From NCBI GenBank assembly GCA_020724905.1, contig DYGB01000001.1:65866-129865 (forward strand): 64,000 nt of DNA, given 5' to 3'. Below, piece by piece: positions 29,078 to 39,301 of this stretch (position 1 is its first letter; every line of letters begins with the position of its first letter). A model generated the notes under the pieces. The model was not told the DNA's origin and did no database searches. It saw only the letters and a program-made list of their open reading frames with translations. The position numbers and the translations under genes were made by a program. The DNA is from Candidatus Paceibacter sp. (GTDB lineage Bacteria; Patescibacteriota; Minisyncoccia; UBA6257; JAGOQP01).

Positions 29078-29907
29078 TATTTTACAAGTTTAAGTATTGC
29101 TTTATGTAAAAAAGATCTAGCTTTTGTTGGAATTATAGCTTTTAGAAAAATATAGAAAAGATGAGAACACCTAATAAGTAGAGCTCTTTTGTGCTTTAAA
29201 AATATTTTTCTATTTTTAAAAATAATATGAGCTTTACCTTTTAGTTGCTTAAGATACCTTCCTTTGGTTATTTGATTCTTGTGTTTGTAGTAGATAGTGA
29301 GAGGTTCATCGATATAACAACCCTTGAGATTCCAACCTCTTACACTCCATTCATCGTCCTCTAACCCAATTAAATCTCTATCTTCATCAAAAAGCCCAAC
29401 TGATAAAAATGAATCTCTTCTATACACATGTGAACTTGGCACACTTACCCCTACACCAGCAAGTTTCAAAAAACTAAGTTTATCTGAACTAATACCAGAA
29501 AATCGTTTTATTTCTTTTTCTCCTGTGTCCAAATATTGAATTTCATCTGCTGTATAACAAAAATCAAATTCTTTATGTTTTTCTAAAAGAGAGATTTGTT
29601 TTTCAAGTTTCTCAGGATGCCACCCATCATCAGAATCAAGAAATGCTATATAATCACTCGAAGAATTATTTATGGCCTTATTTCTAGCGGCTCCTATCCC
29701 TTTATTCTCTTGAAAGAAATATTTTATCCTTGAGTCTGACTTTGACAATTCTCCAATGACTTCTTTTGAAGAATCAGTAGATCCATCATCAGTAATTAAG
29801 AGTTCCCAATTTTTATAAGTCTGAGCTTGCACACTTTTAATACACCGGGTAATAAGATCAGACCTATTAAATGTAGGAATTATTATTGATACCAGTTTAT
29901 TTTTCAT
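29077..29907 (-). CDS. Glycosyltransferase family 2
   Basis: VSIIIPTFNR, DDGSTD, AFLDSDD. Confidence 0.92.
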   Translation of the reverse strand: MKNKLVSIIIPTFNRSDLITRCIKSVQAQTYKNWELLITDDGSTDSSKEVIGELSKSDSRIKYFFQENKGIGAARNKAINNSSSDYIAFLDSDDGWHPEKLEKQISLLEKHKEFDFCYTADEIQYLDTGEKEIKRFSGISSDKLSFLKLAGVGVSVPSSHVYRRDSFLSVGLFDEDRDLIGLEDDEWSVRGWNLKGCYIDEPLTIYYKHKNQITKGRYLKQLKGKAHIIFKNRKIFLKHKRALLIRCSHLFYIFLKAIIPTKARSFLHKAILKLVK

Positions 29908-30869
29908 GATGCTTTCTCTAAAGGATTTCTACTAATAAACCTTCTCTTTATAAAAGAAACCATACGATAAATCCTTGATCCAAAAAACGAAAGAAGAAGT
30001 AAGAAAAATATATACAAATTAAACTTTCTTTTTAGGACATCAACATACACACGTCTTCCAATACTCATTTTACCAGCAAGACAATAATAATTCCCAAGAA
30101 TTCTTTTATTAAACAATAATAAAGATTCTTCAAACTCATTATATTTAGCAACGTGTTTTTCTATAAAGTATTCGAGTTCTTTTGCCTTCTTTAAAAAAGA
30201 AAGCTTTTTCCCAGCACTATCAGGCCGAGAATGCCAAAAAAATAGTGCTTCACGAATATAACCAAATGAAAAGCCAGTAAATAAAATTCTAAGATATAAA
30301 TCTCTGTCATCACTCCATTTCATGTTCTCATCGAATCCACCAACTACATTAAAAACATCTCTTTTGATAATTACACTAGAACAAGAATGAATAAAATTTC
30401 TTTTTAAAATATTTTTTTTAAAACAATCCTGCAAAGCCATTGAGTCTTGGTATATTCCAAGGGGTCTGTTGTTAGTAATCACAAAAAAGTTAGAAGCAAC
30501 AAAATCAAATCCCCCCTCCAACAAAAAATTTACCTGTCTTTCAATTTTGTTTGTAACCCATTCATCATCGTGATCTAAGAAAGCAATAAACTCACCCTTA
30601 GACTTTTTAATCCCGATATTTTTAGGATGAGCAGGGCCACCAGAATTTTTTAAAAAACGTATAACTGAGATTCTAGCATCAATTCTTTGAAAATTTTCTA
30701 TAATGCGAACCGTTCCGTCAGTCGATGCGTCATCCACAACAATTAACTCCCAATTTGGATATGTTTGTCTTCTAACAGAAGATATAGTTCGTTCTATAAA
30801 CTCTTCTGCATTATGAGTAGGGATAATAATAGAAACAGAAGGAGTGTTATTTTTTTTTAAGTTAAACAT
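29904..30869 (-). CDS. Glycosyltransferase family 2
   Basis: VSIIIPTHN, VDDASTD, AFLDHDD. Confidence 0.92.
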   Translation of the reverse strand: MFNLKKNNTPSVSIIIPTHNAEEFIERTISSVRRQTYPNWELIVVDDASTDGTVRIIENFQRIDARISVIRFLKNSGGPAHPKNIGIKKSKGEFIAFLDHDDEWVTNKIERQVNFLLEGGFDFVASNFFVITNNRPLGIYQDSMALQDCFKKNILKRNFIHSCSSVIIKRDVFNVVGGFDENMKWSDDRDLYLRILFTGFSFGYIREALFFWHSRPDSAGKKLSFLKKAKELEYFIEKHVAKYNEFEESLLLFNKRILGNYYCLAGKMSIGRRVYVDVLKRKFNLYIFFLLLLSFFGSRIYRMVSFIKRRFISRNPLEKAS

Positions 30870-30980
30870 AGATAATATTTAAAAAAACATAATTCTCAAC
30901 CCTATGCAGCCTAACCTAGATTGTATAGTAACACACACTTAACTCAAGATATAGATAAATTAGAACGTCTTTATCTTTTC

Positions 30981-32432
30981 TTAAGAATTATAAAATAGAC
31001 CCTTCTTGTTTTTCGTTTTTGCCAAAAAATAAAAATATCTCAAATTAAAAATGCAGAAATACAAACCAAAAATACTAAGATACATAAAAATTTTTGTTCC
31101 AGTAAATAAAAACAATCCTATTGACAAAAAGAGAACGAAAAATCTAAACATTGAGACGCTTTTTTTAAACCTTTTTTCATCAAAGTTCTTTGCTAAAAAT
31201 ATTTCCTTTTTTATACCATATTGGATAGCATCGGGAATCATGCTATACACAACATAAAACAGCGGCGCTATCAGAAAATTTACACTCAGAACGGAAATGG
31301 GGACAGCTATTTTTATAATTCTTAACAGTGAAAAAGTTACTATCTTCACTTTTGAGTTTTCTTTCATCACATTATGCAAGAAAAAAATAAAAAGCGTCAG
31401 GAGAGAAGAGAGGAAGAAGTATAAAGCGATCCCTTTCAATACCGAAACGATACTAACAATGAAAAGGAACATGCTGAATTTTATAAATGCAAACAAAGGC
31501 AATCTGTCGCAAAACTTTTTTGTAGTTCTCAGGGTTGGATTTTTTTCACGCGATATTGCGAAACAATCATTCATTGCATATCCTATTTCATAAATACTGT
31601 AAAATCCGACAATGGCAATAAAAAACAACATGATATTTAAAAAAGAAAAAGGTATTTCTATCATAAAAAAATTCACTGCTTGGGGGAAGATAAACATCGA
31701 TATCAAAAAATCCTTGAGTGACAGAGAAGATCTTCTTCTATATAAATCGTAAGAAAACGGAGAAAAAAAAGAGTGTGTGCGAAACTCCGGGTTAAAGCTT
31801 GTAACAAATGTGTTTATACCAAAACCATTCCACCACTCCTTCTGAAATTTTAAATCCCAGCTATAACTATAGATAACGGCATTTGCTTTACCAAATAATT
31901 TAAGAAGTTCAACATCGCTCTTATTATCAGAAAAGCAAAACGATTTATCAAAATCTATATTCTTTTTCCATTCTTTTTCCGCAAAGATTTCCTGCTTCTT
32001 TCCGAGTAAATCTTTTTTTAAAACACCAGTACATCGATTATTGATAAAATCAAGTTCCGACGATTTCCAATTGTCAAATCCAAGTTTACGAGCAAATACC
32101 TCGGCAGTGCAATCTATTGTTCCAGAAATAAGTAGAGTTTTATATCCTTTCTCCTGTAAAAGAATGGATTTTTCAACTATTTCATTGTTTAAATATTTTT
32201 TTGAATATTCAAAAAAATCCTCCGTTCCTTTTCTGAGATCTTCTCGAGAAAACCCCTCTAGAAGATTCAACGATTTTTTTCGAAAATCAAAAATAAATTT
32301 TAATTCCCGAAAAATAAGGAAAAATGCATATCTTATTTTTGAACGTCTCCACAAAAAATAACCTATAAAATCAAAGGTTGTATTTACATTTACTAAGGTA
32401 TCATCAAGGTCAAAAACAGCGATTTTTCTCAT
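30981..32432 (-). CDS. HAD-IB phosphatase fused to a polytopic membrane domain
   Basis: FDLDDT, LISG, K, FSDNKSD HAD motifs; C-terminal TMs with YEIGYAMND. Confidence 0.75.
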   Translation of the reverse strand: MRKIAVFDLDDTLVNVNTTFDFIGYFLWRRSKIRYAFFLIFRELKFIFDFRKKSLNLLEGFSREDLRKGTEDFFEYSKKYLNNEIVEKSILLQEKGYKTLLISGTIDCTAEVFARKLGFDNWKSSELDFINNRCTGVLKKDLLGKKQEIFAEKEWKKNIDFDKSFCFSDNKSDVELLKLFGKANAVIYSYSWDLKFQKEWWNGFGINTFVTSFNPEFRTHSFFSPFSYDLYRRRSSLSLKDFLISMFIFPQAVNFFMIEIPFSFLNIMLFFIAIVGFYSIYEIGYAMNDCFAISREKNPTLRTTKKFCDRLPLFAFIKFSMFLFIVSIVSVLKGIALYFFLSSLLTLFIFFLHNVMKENSKVKIVTFSLLRIIKIAVPISVLSVNFLIAPLFYVVYSMIPDAIQYGIKKEIFLAKNFDEKRFKKSVSMFRFFVLFLSIGLFLFTGTKIFMYLSIFGLYFCIFNLRYFYFLAKTKNKKGLFYNS

Positions 32433-33352
32433 TTTTTAAAAACAAAATTTCCTCCGTATTCTTTAATATTTGATAGATCTCCTTCTATCTCATGGATATC
32501 TCCATTTTCATCAATATAATGTGATTTATATCCCATATTTCGAAGAAGTCCTACGGCCTTCATCGATATGTTTTTTCCCATATTACCACTCCATACCTCA
32601 AGAATTACAATAGGAGAATTGCTTCTTAGAAAAATTTCTCCTCCTTCAAGTACTGATTTCTCCCCACCCTCCACGTCTATTTTCAAAACCGAGGGGGTTA
32701 TGTTTTTAGATTTTATGTACGAATCCAATGTTATCGTATTAATATTATGTGATTCAGAATAATTCCAACTTTCCCATTCTTTCATATTAACTGTATCTTT
32801 ATTTAATGTGCTTATACCAGAGTTTTCTTTTGAAGTATACAGCTTTGATCTTCCTGTAAAACTTGAAATTGCTAAATTCTCAATAAATGTATTTTCTCTT
32901 TTCCCATTTTTGAGAAGAAAATAAAAAACCTTTGTGTTCGGCTCAAAAGAACATACCTTCTTGCAAATTTCTTGAGCGAGATATGTATAAAATCCATAAT
33001 TTGCCCCTATATCAAAAAATACGTCGTTTCCTTGAAGATTCTTAATAAGATACTTTACAAGTCGAAATTCCTCATCGTTTCCACTCGGAAATCCAAAAAC
33101 AAAAATTCTAAATGACTCCCAATCTAATACGGGAATTCTAATAAATTTTCCAAAGACAAGTTTTATATCTCTTTCTCTTCTCCCTAAAACACCAAGTTTA
33201 AAAAGAAGAGAATAAAAATATAGCTTAGGAAAAGAAAAAAGTCTTTTTATTTTCTTTTTAAAACCTGGTCCAGATATTTTTTCTAATCTCTTTTTATTTT
33301 CTTCTGTCTTTTTCAATAAAGACAAAAAGATAATTGTTTTAGGATTTGACAT
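32429..33352 (-). CDS. FkbM-family methyltransferase
   Basis: FFDIGANYGFY, SFEPN, TLDSY, LKIDVEGGE. Confidence 0.92.
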   Translation of the reverse strand: MSNPKTIIFLSLLKKTEENKKRLEKISGPGFKKKIKRLFSFPKLYFYSLLFKLGVLGRRERDIKLVFGKFIRIPVLDWESFRIFVFGFPSGNDEEFRLVKYLIKNLQGNDVFFDIGANYGFYTYLAQEICKKVCSFEPNTKVFYFLLKNGKRENTFIENLAISSFTGRSKLYTSKENSGISTLNKDTVNMKEWESWNYSESHNINTITLDSYIKSKNITPSVLKIDVEGGEKSVLEGGEIFLRSNSPIVILEVWSGNMGKNISMKAVGLLRNMGYKSHYIDENGDIHEIEGDLSNIKEYGGNFVFKK

Positions 33353-33374
33353 ATATAAATTATATCTTCTAATC

Positions 33375-33690
33375 TATTCCAATTTAAGAACATGTTTTTT
33401 TAATGATGGTCCGAGTCTAAAATTACCATTACTTTATCATTGTCACTTATTAGTTCTCTATATCTATAATTTCTTTTGGTGTAGATGAACCGGATAAACA
33501 TTTTATTCTTTTATGTCTTGGTTTATCTTTTCTACCTTTGATATCTATCGTTATTATCTTCCTATTATTTACTAAATCACATATAAAAGCATGGGGCACT
33601 TCTTTCGTGTATAGTCCCAAGTTTAGTCATTATATATTGTATGTGGTCTTATTTCAAAAATTTGTATACGTCCACCACTTTTTTGAGACT
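33375..33690 (-). pseudogene. Degraded CmcI (cephalosporin hydroxylase)-family methyltransferase
   Basis: Hand-translated fragments in shifting frames: QIFEIRP, ICDLVNNRKIITIDI...PRHKRIKCLSGSST, DKVMVILDSDH, KHVLK; stops and frameshifts present; ends approximate. Confidence 0.7.
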
Positions 33691-33848
33691 CCTTCCTGTA
33701 TTGAGAGGTGTCTGTATCATACACTGAAAGGGAGAGAGAAGACCTTTTGTTCCTTTCCATGTATTGAAACACATCATATATGAGCCCTACAAGACAGCCT
33801 CATGTATGTGAACTTATGTAATATTAAATACAAATTTAACAAAAAACC

Positions 33849-34637
33849 TCATAAATATATAACTCCTATACCCGCCCATCCTTGGCTATAATCATGTACT
33901 AATTCAACATTTCTATGTTCACCTTTAATTTCATCCCAGAAAGAATTAACTTCACAACCAGAATCTTTGGAATGAACACAAATATCATGAAATGCAATAA
34001 TTCCACCATTTTTTACAAGTCCGCTATATAGCTGGAAATCTTTCTTCACTCCTTCATAAGAATGATCCCCGTCTATGAAGAGAAAATCAATCTTTCTTTC
34101 TTTTAAAATGTCTTTAATCTGGTTTATCATACTACTAGAATGAGAATCCCCCCTTAAAAGAAAGAGACTCTGCTTCTTCTTTGTAAAAGATCTAAAAAAG
34201 GGAGATTTCACTTCTGAGTACCCTCCCCCAAAATCACCGCCTGGAAGATCTATACTTATCAAAGTTGCTTCATCTAAGCCAAGTTTAGAAAAACAAAAAA
34301 GCGTTCCTCCTCTAGCAGTTCCGATCTCAACTACCACCTTTGGTTTTTGTTCTTTATAGCGCACGAGTAAATCTAAAAATTCTGAGTCAACCTGCATAGG
34401 AGCAAAACTACTAAAAAAAGATTCTTTTATAAAATTAAATACATCAACCTCATTGGTGGAATTAAAGTTTGCTATTTTCCTTACTACATATCTCTTAAAC
34501 AAAAACAAATACAAATTAATAAGAAATATTTTTATTCTAAAAAACATTGCCTTGCCTATACGAAAAAGTAGATAAAAAAATCCTTCGCTTTCTAAAATTT
34601 TCTTAATTTTTCCTTTATTGTTTTTTAACAAATCCAT
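33849..34637 (-). CDS. Class I SAM-dependent methyltransferase (Methyltransf_24/CmcI-like)
   Basis: VEIGTARGGT, ISIDLPGG, GDSH, FLFIDGDHSYEGVKKDF, AFHDI. Confidence 0.9.
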   Translation of the reverse strand: MDLLKNNKGKIKKILESEGFFYLLFRIGKAMFFRIKIFLINLYLFLFKRYVVRKIANFNSTNEVDVFNFIKESFFSSFAPMQVDSEFLDLLVRYKEQKPKVVVEIGTARGGTLFCFSKLGLDEATLISIDLPGGDFGGGYSEVKSPFFRSFTKKKQSLFLLRGDSHSSSMINQIKDILKERKIDFLFIDGDHSYEGVKKDFQLYSGLVKNGGIIAFHDICVHSKDSGCEVNSFWDEIKGEHRNVELVHDYSQGWAGIGVIYL

Positions 34638-34713
34638 AATGGTTTCTTTAATAATCTAGTTAAGGTGATAAAAAATAAAACTACTTTCATATACAATTTA
34701 CTTATATATTATT

Positions 34714-36882
34714 TTATCCAACAAACTGAACATCCCTCCACTCTCCAGAATTAATATACTCCCTAATCATATCGAGCCCCTCTTTCCTATCAGGCCTAAT
34801 ATATTCTAACCAATCAGCAGCTTCTAAGGCCCGCTCTTTATTCCTTTCCTTATAATAATGCTCTAACAGTGTATACACAACAATATCAGACCCATTGTGG
34901 TTCTTTACCTGTGCTGGATTCAATTCCATGCCCTCCTTAACTTCTTCGAATGCTTTTTCAAACTCCCCTTGAGCAGCATGGAGCGTAGAAAGAACAAAGT
35001 GACCACTTGCAACTCGCTCTTCTAATCCTAGTGTATATTCCATAACTTCAAAAGCCTCATCATATCGATCCTGACGAGCAAGATTTAATGCAAGGGCATA
35101 TTGTACATCCTGTCTTTGAGGAGAAAGTTCAATTGCTTTACGAAATGCTTCTTCAGCATCACTATAATATTCAACAAGACCTCTCTTCCCTAACTCCTCA
35201 TATGCTTCCCCAATTTTCACATAATACCGAGGATTATACGGTTCAACCGACGTTACCTCTTTCATCTTCTCAATAGCTTGTAGTAAGAGCTGTTTTTCAC
35301 TTTCTTTACCTTCATAGATATCAATTGCATTTCCAATAAAGTGGGTGCGGATAACATTCTGAGCATAGGTATAAGGAGTAAAGTACTCCTTAACACCCTC
35401 AGAAAGCTCTGAGGCGCTCATTTCCCCACGAGTAAAGGATATATACCCTTTCACCTGAAAAAATGGAACAACAGTCCAGGCGATAAAGCTAAAGACAAGA
35501 AACAGCCCTACAACCCCCACTTTCCCAGTAACCATCCATGAAGGGATGTGATTGGAAAGTTTTTCTGTAAGGGTACATTCAAATCGTTTCTCGTGTAGTA
35601 AAGGAAGAGTAGCAAGGGCAATAAATGAGAAGAACGGAATATAGGTAACAACAGAATCAAATACAAATAAGTTCTGGATAAAATACGCAACACCAAAGAA
35701 TAAAAGAGAAGAAGAAATCATTGATACTTTCTGACGAATAATCTGCCACAGCGCAACAATCCACATTCCCATATACGCAAGAAATCCAAGGAGTCCCTGC
35801 ATGACAAGCACATCAAGTACCTTGTTGTGAGCCCTATCAAACCATGCTTGTTCATAGACAAAGTATTCAGGATTATAGTGCGCATTATACGCAATATGGT
35901 AGTTTTCCTGTCCCCATCCAAAAAGAAACGTGTCCCAGCCATTTTTTACAGGATTCATTGCATCAAGACTCACCCCAATAGCAATTAAACGAGTCTGCAC
36001 TGTTGCATTATCAAAGGTAATTTGAGAAAGACGATCAAGTCCAGGAATTGTTTTCCATACATCAGCATCTCTCATGGTGAAAAATAGTCCTCCCCCAAGG
36101 ACAAAAAGAATAAGAATTCCTCCTCCAATCTTTTTAAGATGTGGAGATACATGCTTCCCTTTTATATATACATAAAGAGCAACAACGAACAGTCCACCCA
36201 AAATACCAACCATAACTCCCCGAGTCTCAGTTACAATAATTCCAAATAAAGATATAAATATAACAAGGGTAGAGATAAGTTTCCAAAATGATTTTAACGC
36301 CTGAGGATACCCACTATCTTTCCGATACTCATGCATCACAAGTAAGCTTGAAAGGATCACAAAAAGAAACACAACAGCAAGATAAATAGCATTCCCAGTA
36401 TATGAAGATGGACGTTCTTGTCCTCCAAGAAACTGAACCATTTCATGGATAAAAAGAGCCACCCCTGAAAACATGGTTAACTGAAAAAAACGAATCCAAT
36501 GTTTCCATTCAAATAGCACAAGAGCTAGTACATAGAACCCAAAGAAATATAGTATCCCTAAAAAGCCTTCACCTCTTTCTAGATCTCCAAAAAATGCACG
36601 GTACATATCTGGAGCAAATAAAACACTTATACCAACAAAAAATAAAAAGAGGGATGTAAGTATGAATATTTTTTGAGAAAATAGAGTCTTTAGTCTCTCA
36701 ACTACTTCTTTTCTAAATACAGAAGATCGCATCATCGCTATCCCAAGAAGTAAAAAGACTGTGGAAACAACCCCCTGCACAAAAAGAACTTTCCCGCTTA
36801 CAAAAGGAAAGAATAATGACTTAGAAGTAATAAGAGGAACAAATGCCAAAAGCAATAAAAGGAATCGAGATATACTTTTCAT
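34714..36882 (-). CDS. O-antigen ligase/oligosaccharyltransferase-like membrane protein with C-terminal TPRs
   Basis: Multi-TM; GNAIYLA, TETRG, GWGQENY, FDRAHNKVLD; TPR-like C-terminus. Confidence 0.85.
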   Translation of the reverse strand: MKSISRFLLLLLAFVPLITSKSLFFPFVSGKVLFVQGVVSTVFLLLGIAMMRSSVFRKEVVERLKTLFSQKIFILTSLFLFFVGISVLFAPDMYRAFFGDLERGEGFLGILYFFGFYVLALVLFEWKHWIRFFQLTMFSGVALFIHEMVQFLGGQERPSSYTGNAIYLAVVFLFVILSSLLVMHEYRKDSGYPQALKSFWKLISTLVIFISLFGIIVTETRGVMVGILGGLFVVALYVYIKGKHVSPHLKKIGGGILILFVLGGGLFFTMRDADVWKTIPGLDRLSQITFDNATVQTRLIAIGVSLDAMNPVKNGWDTFLFGWGQENYHIAYNAHYNPEYFVYEQAWFDRAHNKVLDVLVMQGLLGFLAYMGMWIVALWQIIRQKVSMISSSLLFFGVAYFIQNLFVFDSVVTYIPFFSFIALATLPLLHEKRFECTLTEKLSNHIPSWMVTGKVGVVGLFLVFSFIAWTVVPFFQVKGYISFTRGEMSASELSEGVKEYFTPYTYAQNVIRTHFIGNAIDIYEGKESEKQLLLQAIEKMKEVTSVEPYNPRYYVKIGEAYEELGKRGLVEYYSDAEEAFRKAIELSPQRQDVQYALALNLARQDRYDEAFEVMEYTLGLEERVASGHFVLSTLHAAQGEFEKAFEEVKEGMELNPAQVKNHNGSDIVVYTLLEHYYKERNKERALEAADWLEYIRPDRKEGLDMIREYINSGEWRDVQFVG

Positions 36883-36920
36883 ATCTATCTATAATATCAG
36901 AAGAAATACACAAGGCAAAC

Positions 36921-36948
36921 AAAAAGACCCCACGAGGGGGTCTTTTTG
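36921..36948 (-). terminator. Terminator after the S-layer-like gene
   Basis: aaaaagacccc-acgag-ggggtcttttt. Confidence 0.8.
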
Positions 36949-36969
36949 AGACTGATTAACGATCTACGC

Positions 36970-38826
36970 TTATTTATTTACGTATACGTCAGCTGTTTTG
37001 AATGTATCTGACATATATGTTGAGCTGTAGGTCATAGTAGCAGCATCTACGTCATCTGCATCATCCCAAACAACGCTTGCAAGATAGAAGTGGTAATAAG
37101 CTGCTGCTCCGATGCTTGCTTCACCAACGGCGAAGTTAACAGCGAAAGTAGCGGTTGAACCATCACTAATCTTATAAGAGTTTGTCAATGATGTTACACC
37201 TGAAGTTGGCTCCTGGTAAGAAACGCTTACGCCAGTTGTTGTAGCATATGAAGAGCTTGCAACAACGATAGAGAAACCACTTGTCTTAGGGATGTATACA
37301 TCACCTCCGTTAGCTGTTACTGAGATGTTGAATGAACCAGTCAATGTTCCTGATGCAACATCTGTTGCTCCTGTCCAGCTCACTGATTTGCTGTTAAGAG
37401 CAAAGCTAGGAGCTGCTGCAGAGATGTACATTACATCAGAAGAAGCTGAACCAGAAATTGAACTAGTTACTCCTCCTTCTGAGTTGTAAGAAACGATTGA
37501 TGATGTTGGTACAGAAGATACTGTTGATGTAGCAGCTGCTGCTGTTGCACCACTGTAGCTAACTTTCAAAGTAAGTGTCTTTGTTGTGTCTTTTGCAACA
37601 TGCAAGATATCTTCCATGTCACTAAAGGTAGCAACGTTTGAAGTTACTTCTGCTGATGCCAATAATGATGATCCATCATAAAGGTATGCAACTGTTTCTG
37701 TAGCCAATCCACCGAAGTTCATTACGATTTGGTCAACCTTTGCCATATCATCCTTTGTTTTAAGGTCAAGAGCAAAGATTGTTGCTTCTGTAACGTCACC
37801 CTGACTGTTTGCAACAATAGCTGTTGAAGCAGGTGAGTTTGCACTCTTTGAGATTGTCAAAGAAGCGGTATCAGCTAAGTCACTATTAATAGTGAATGCT
37901 CGGCTAATAGGGTTTGATGGTCCATACTGATTAATACCAGCTGCGTCCATTGCACGTACTCCATTTTCAGGAACAGTCAATGTTGTTGAAACAGCGTATG
38001 TTGATTCTACTGTTGAGTAGATATCAACTTTTACAGTAAGAACTTTTGTTGTGTCCTGAGGAACAACAAAGTTAAGACCTGTGAAGTAGATGTAGTAGTC
38101 ACTTCCTTCCTTGATAACTGAACTTGAGTTCAAGTCAACTTTCTGAAGAAGTGATGATCCATCATAAAGACCAAGAGCTGTCATTTGCTTTGTGTAAGCT
38201 GTGATAGCTGATCCAATCTTTACTTTCACACGTTCAACTTTAAGATCTGAGTTCTGGGCTTTAACTTTAATACCCATTACTGCAGCATCACTGTCACCTT
38301 CATATACCTTTGTTCCTGCTGCTGGTGATGGGTTCAATTCAACTGTCATGATACCTTCATCTCCAGAAAGAGCTGGTGTTGGGGTAGCTGTAGGTGATGT
38401 TGTAGGTGATGTTGTTGGAGTTGGTGTTGTTGCAACCATAGCATTAAAGTGTGCTCGGGTTACTGGACCAAAGTATCCAACTGCTGGTGAAATACCAACT
38501 GAAGCTTGATAGCTTGCCAACGCTGCTTTAGTCAAAGGACCAAAGTATCCTGTTGGGTTTACTTTCAAGAATCCTTTTTCAAAAAGGAATTGTTGAAGAG
38601 CGCTAACATCTGCACCTTGTGAACCATCTGTGAGGTTGCTGTTGTAGGTGTATAATGCTGTGCTTCCTCCTGTACTTCCGCTATTTAGCTGTGTTTGCAA
38701 TGCTTGAATCTGTGAAAGAAGAGCAGCAATTTGTGCTTGCAATTCTTCTACAGTCTGAGCTTGTGCTGGAACTGCTGTTCCAACAACTGCAAGAGCTAAA
38801 GCGAATAATGCAACTTTTTTTAACAT
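36970..38826 (-). CDS. Putative S-layer/major cell-surface protein with peptidoglycan-binding domain
   Basis: Signal peptide; ELQAQIAALLSQI coil; PG-binding GSQGADVSALQQFL...TGYFGPLTKAA; S/T/A-rich beta domains; codon usage suggests high expression. Confidence 0.8.
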   Translation of the reverse strand: MLKKVALFALALAVVGTAVPAQAQTVEELQAQIAALLSQIQALQTQLNSGSTGGSTALYTYNSNLTDGSQGADVSALQQFLFEKGFLKVNPTGYFGPLTKAALASYQASVGISPAVGYFGPVTRAHFNAMVATTPTPTTSPTTSPTATPTPALSGDEGIMTVELNPSPAAGTKVYEGDSDAAVMGIKVKAQNSDLKVERVKVKIGSAITAYTKQMTALGLYDGSSLLQKVDLNSSSVIKEGSDYYIYFTGLNFVVPQDTTKVLTVKVDIYSTVESTYAVSTTLTVPENGVRAMDAAGINQYGPSNPISRAFTINSDLADTASLTISKSANSPASTAIVANSQGDVTEATIFALDLKTKDDMAKVDQIVMNFGGLATETVAYLYDGSSLLASAEVTSNVATFSDMEDILHVAKDTTKTLTLKVSYSGATAAAATSTVSSVPTSSIVSYNSEGGVTSSISGSASSDVMYISAAAPSFALNSKSVSWTGATDVASGTLTGSFNISVTANGGDVYIPKTSGFSIVVASSSYATTTGVSVSYQEPTSGVTSLTNSYKISDGSTATFAVNFAVGEASIGAAAYYHFYLASVVWDDADDVDAATMTYSSTYMSDTFKTADVYVNK

Positions 38827-39186
38827 ATCTGATTTTTTTGCTTTAGATTAATTAACTTTTATAAAACGAATAACAAAACTTTCTGTCCGTTACCCCCTCT
38901 TTATTACCGACCCGCTGCTTCATCGGTGAGGACGAATCAGCTTAGCGAATAAACGAAGTTCGTAACGCACATGTGAATTTAAAGGCCTCCCTCTGGAAGC
39001 CAGTGGGCATACCATCAATCCAATAAAGAAAAGATAGTATACCCACTGGATCCCAGAAAAAGAAAAACTCACTAGTGGTAGTGAGACAAAAAACAAACTG
39101 GTATTACAAAATACCAAAAACGTATGTTCCGCCTCACTCCCACAGGCTTTATGCCTATGGACAGAACGTATATTGTTATAACGTAC
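38827..39186 (-). promoter_or_regulatory. About 360-nt structured 5' leader (or ncRNA) of the S-layer-like gene
   Basis: Promoter TTGCAT-17-TATACT at 39221-39193; long-range closing stem and at least four internal hairpins. Confidence 0.65.
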
Positions 39187-39301
39187 TTATATAGTATAAG
39201 ACATTGTGCATATCGATGCAAACCAGTCTTCATATAGTACAACGAGATAGAACCAGAAGTGTTACAAAACCTCCCTTTTCACCATTACAAAAAGACTTCT
39301 A

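Noticed and set aside
33538..33783. 81-aa plus-strand ORF
   Set aside because: No recognisable features; it overlaps the minus-strand pseudogene, which explains the region better
38920..39117. 65-aa ORF in the S-layer leader
   Set aside because: No RBS or protein features; the region is dominated by base-paired structure
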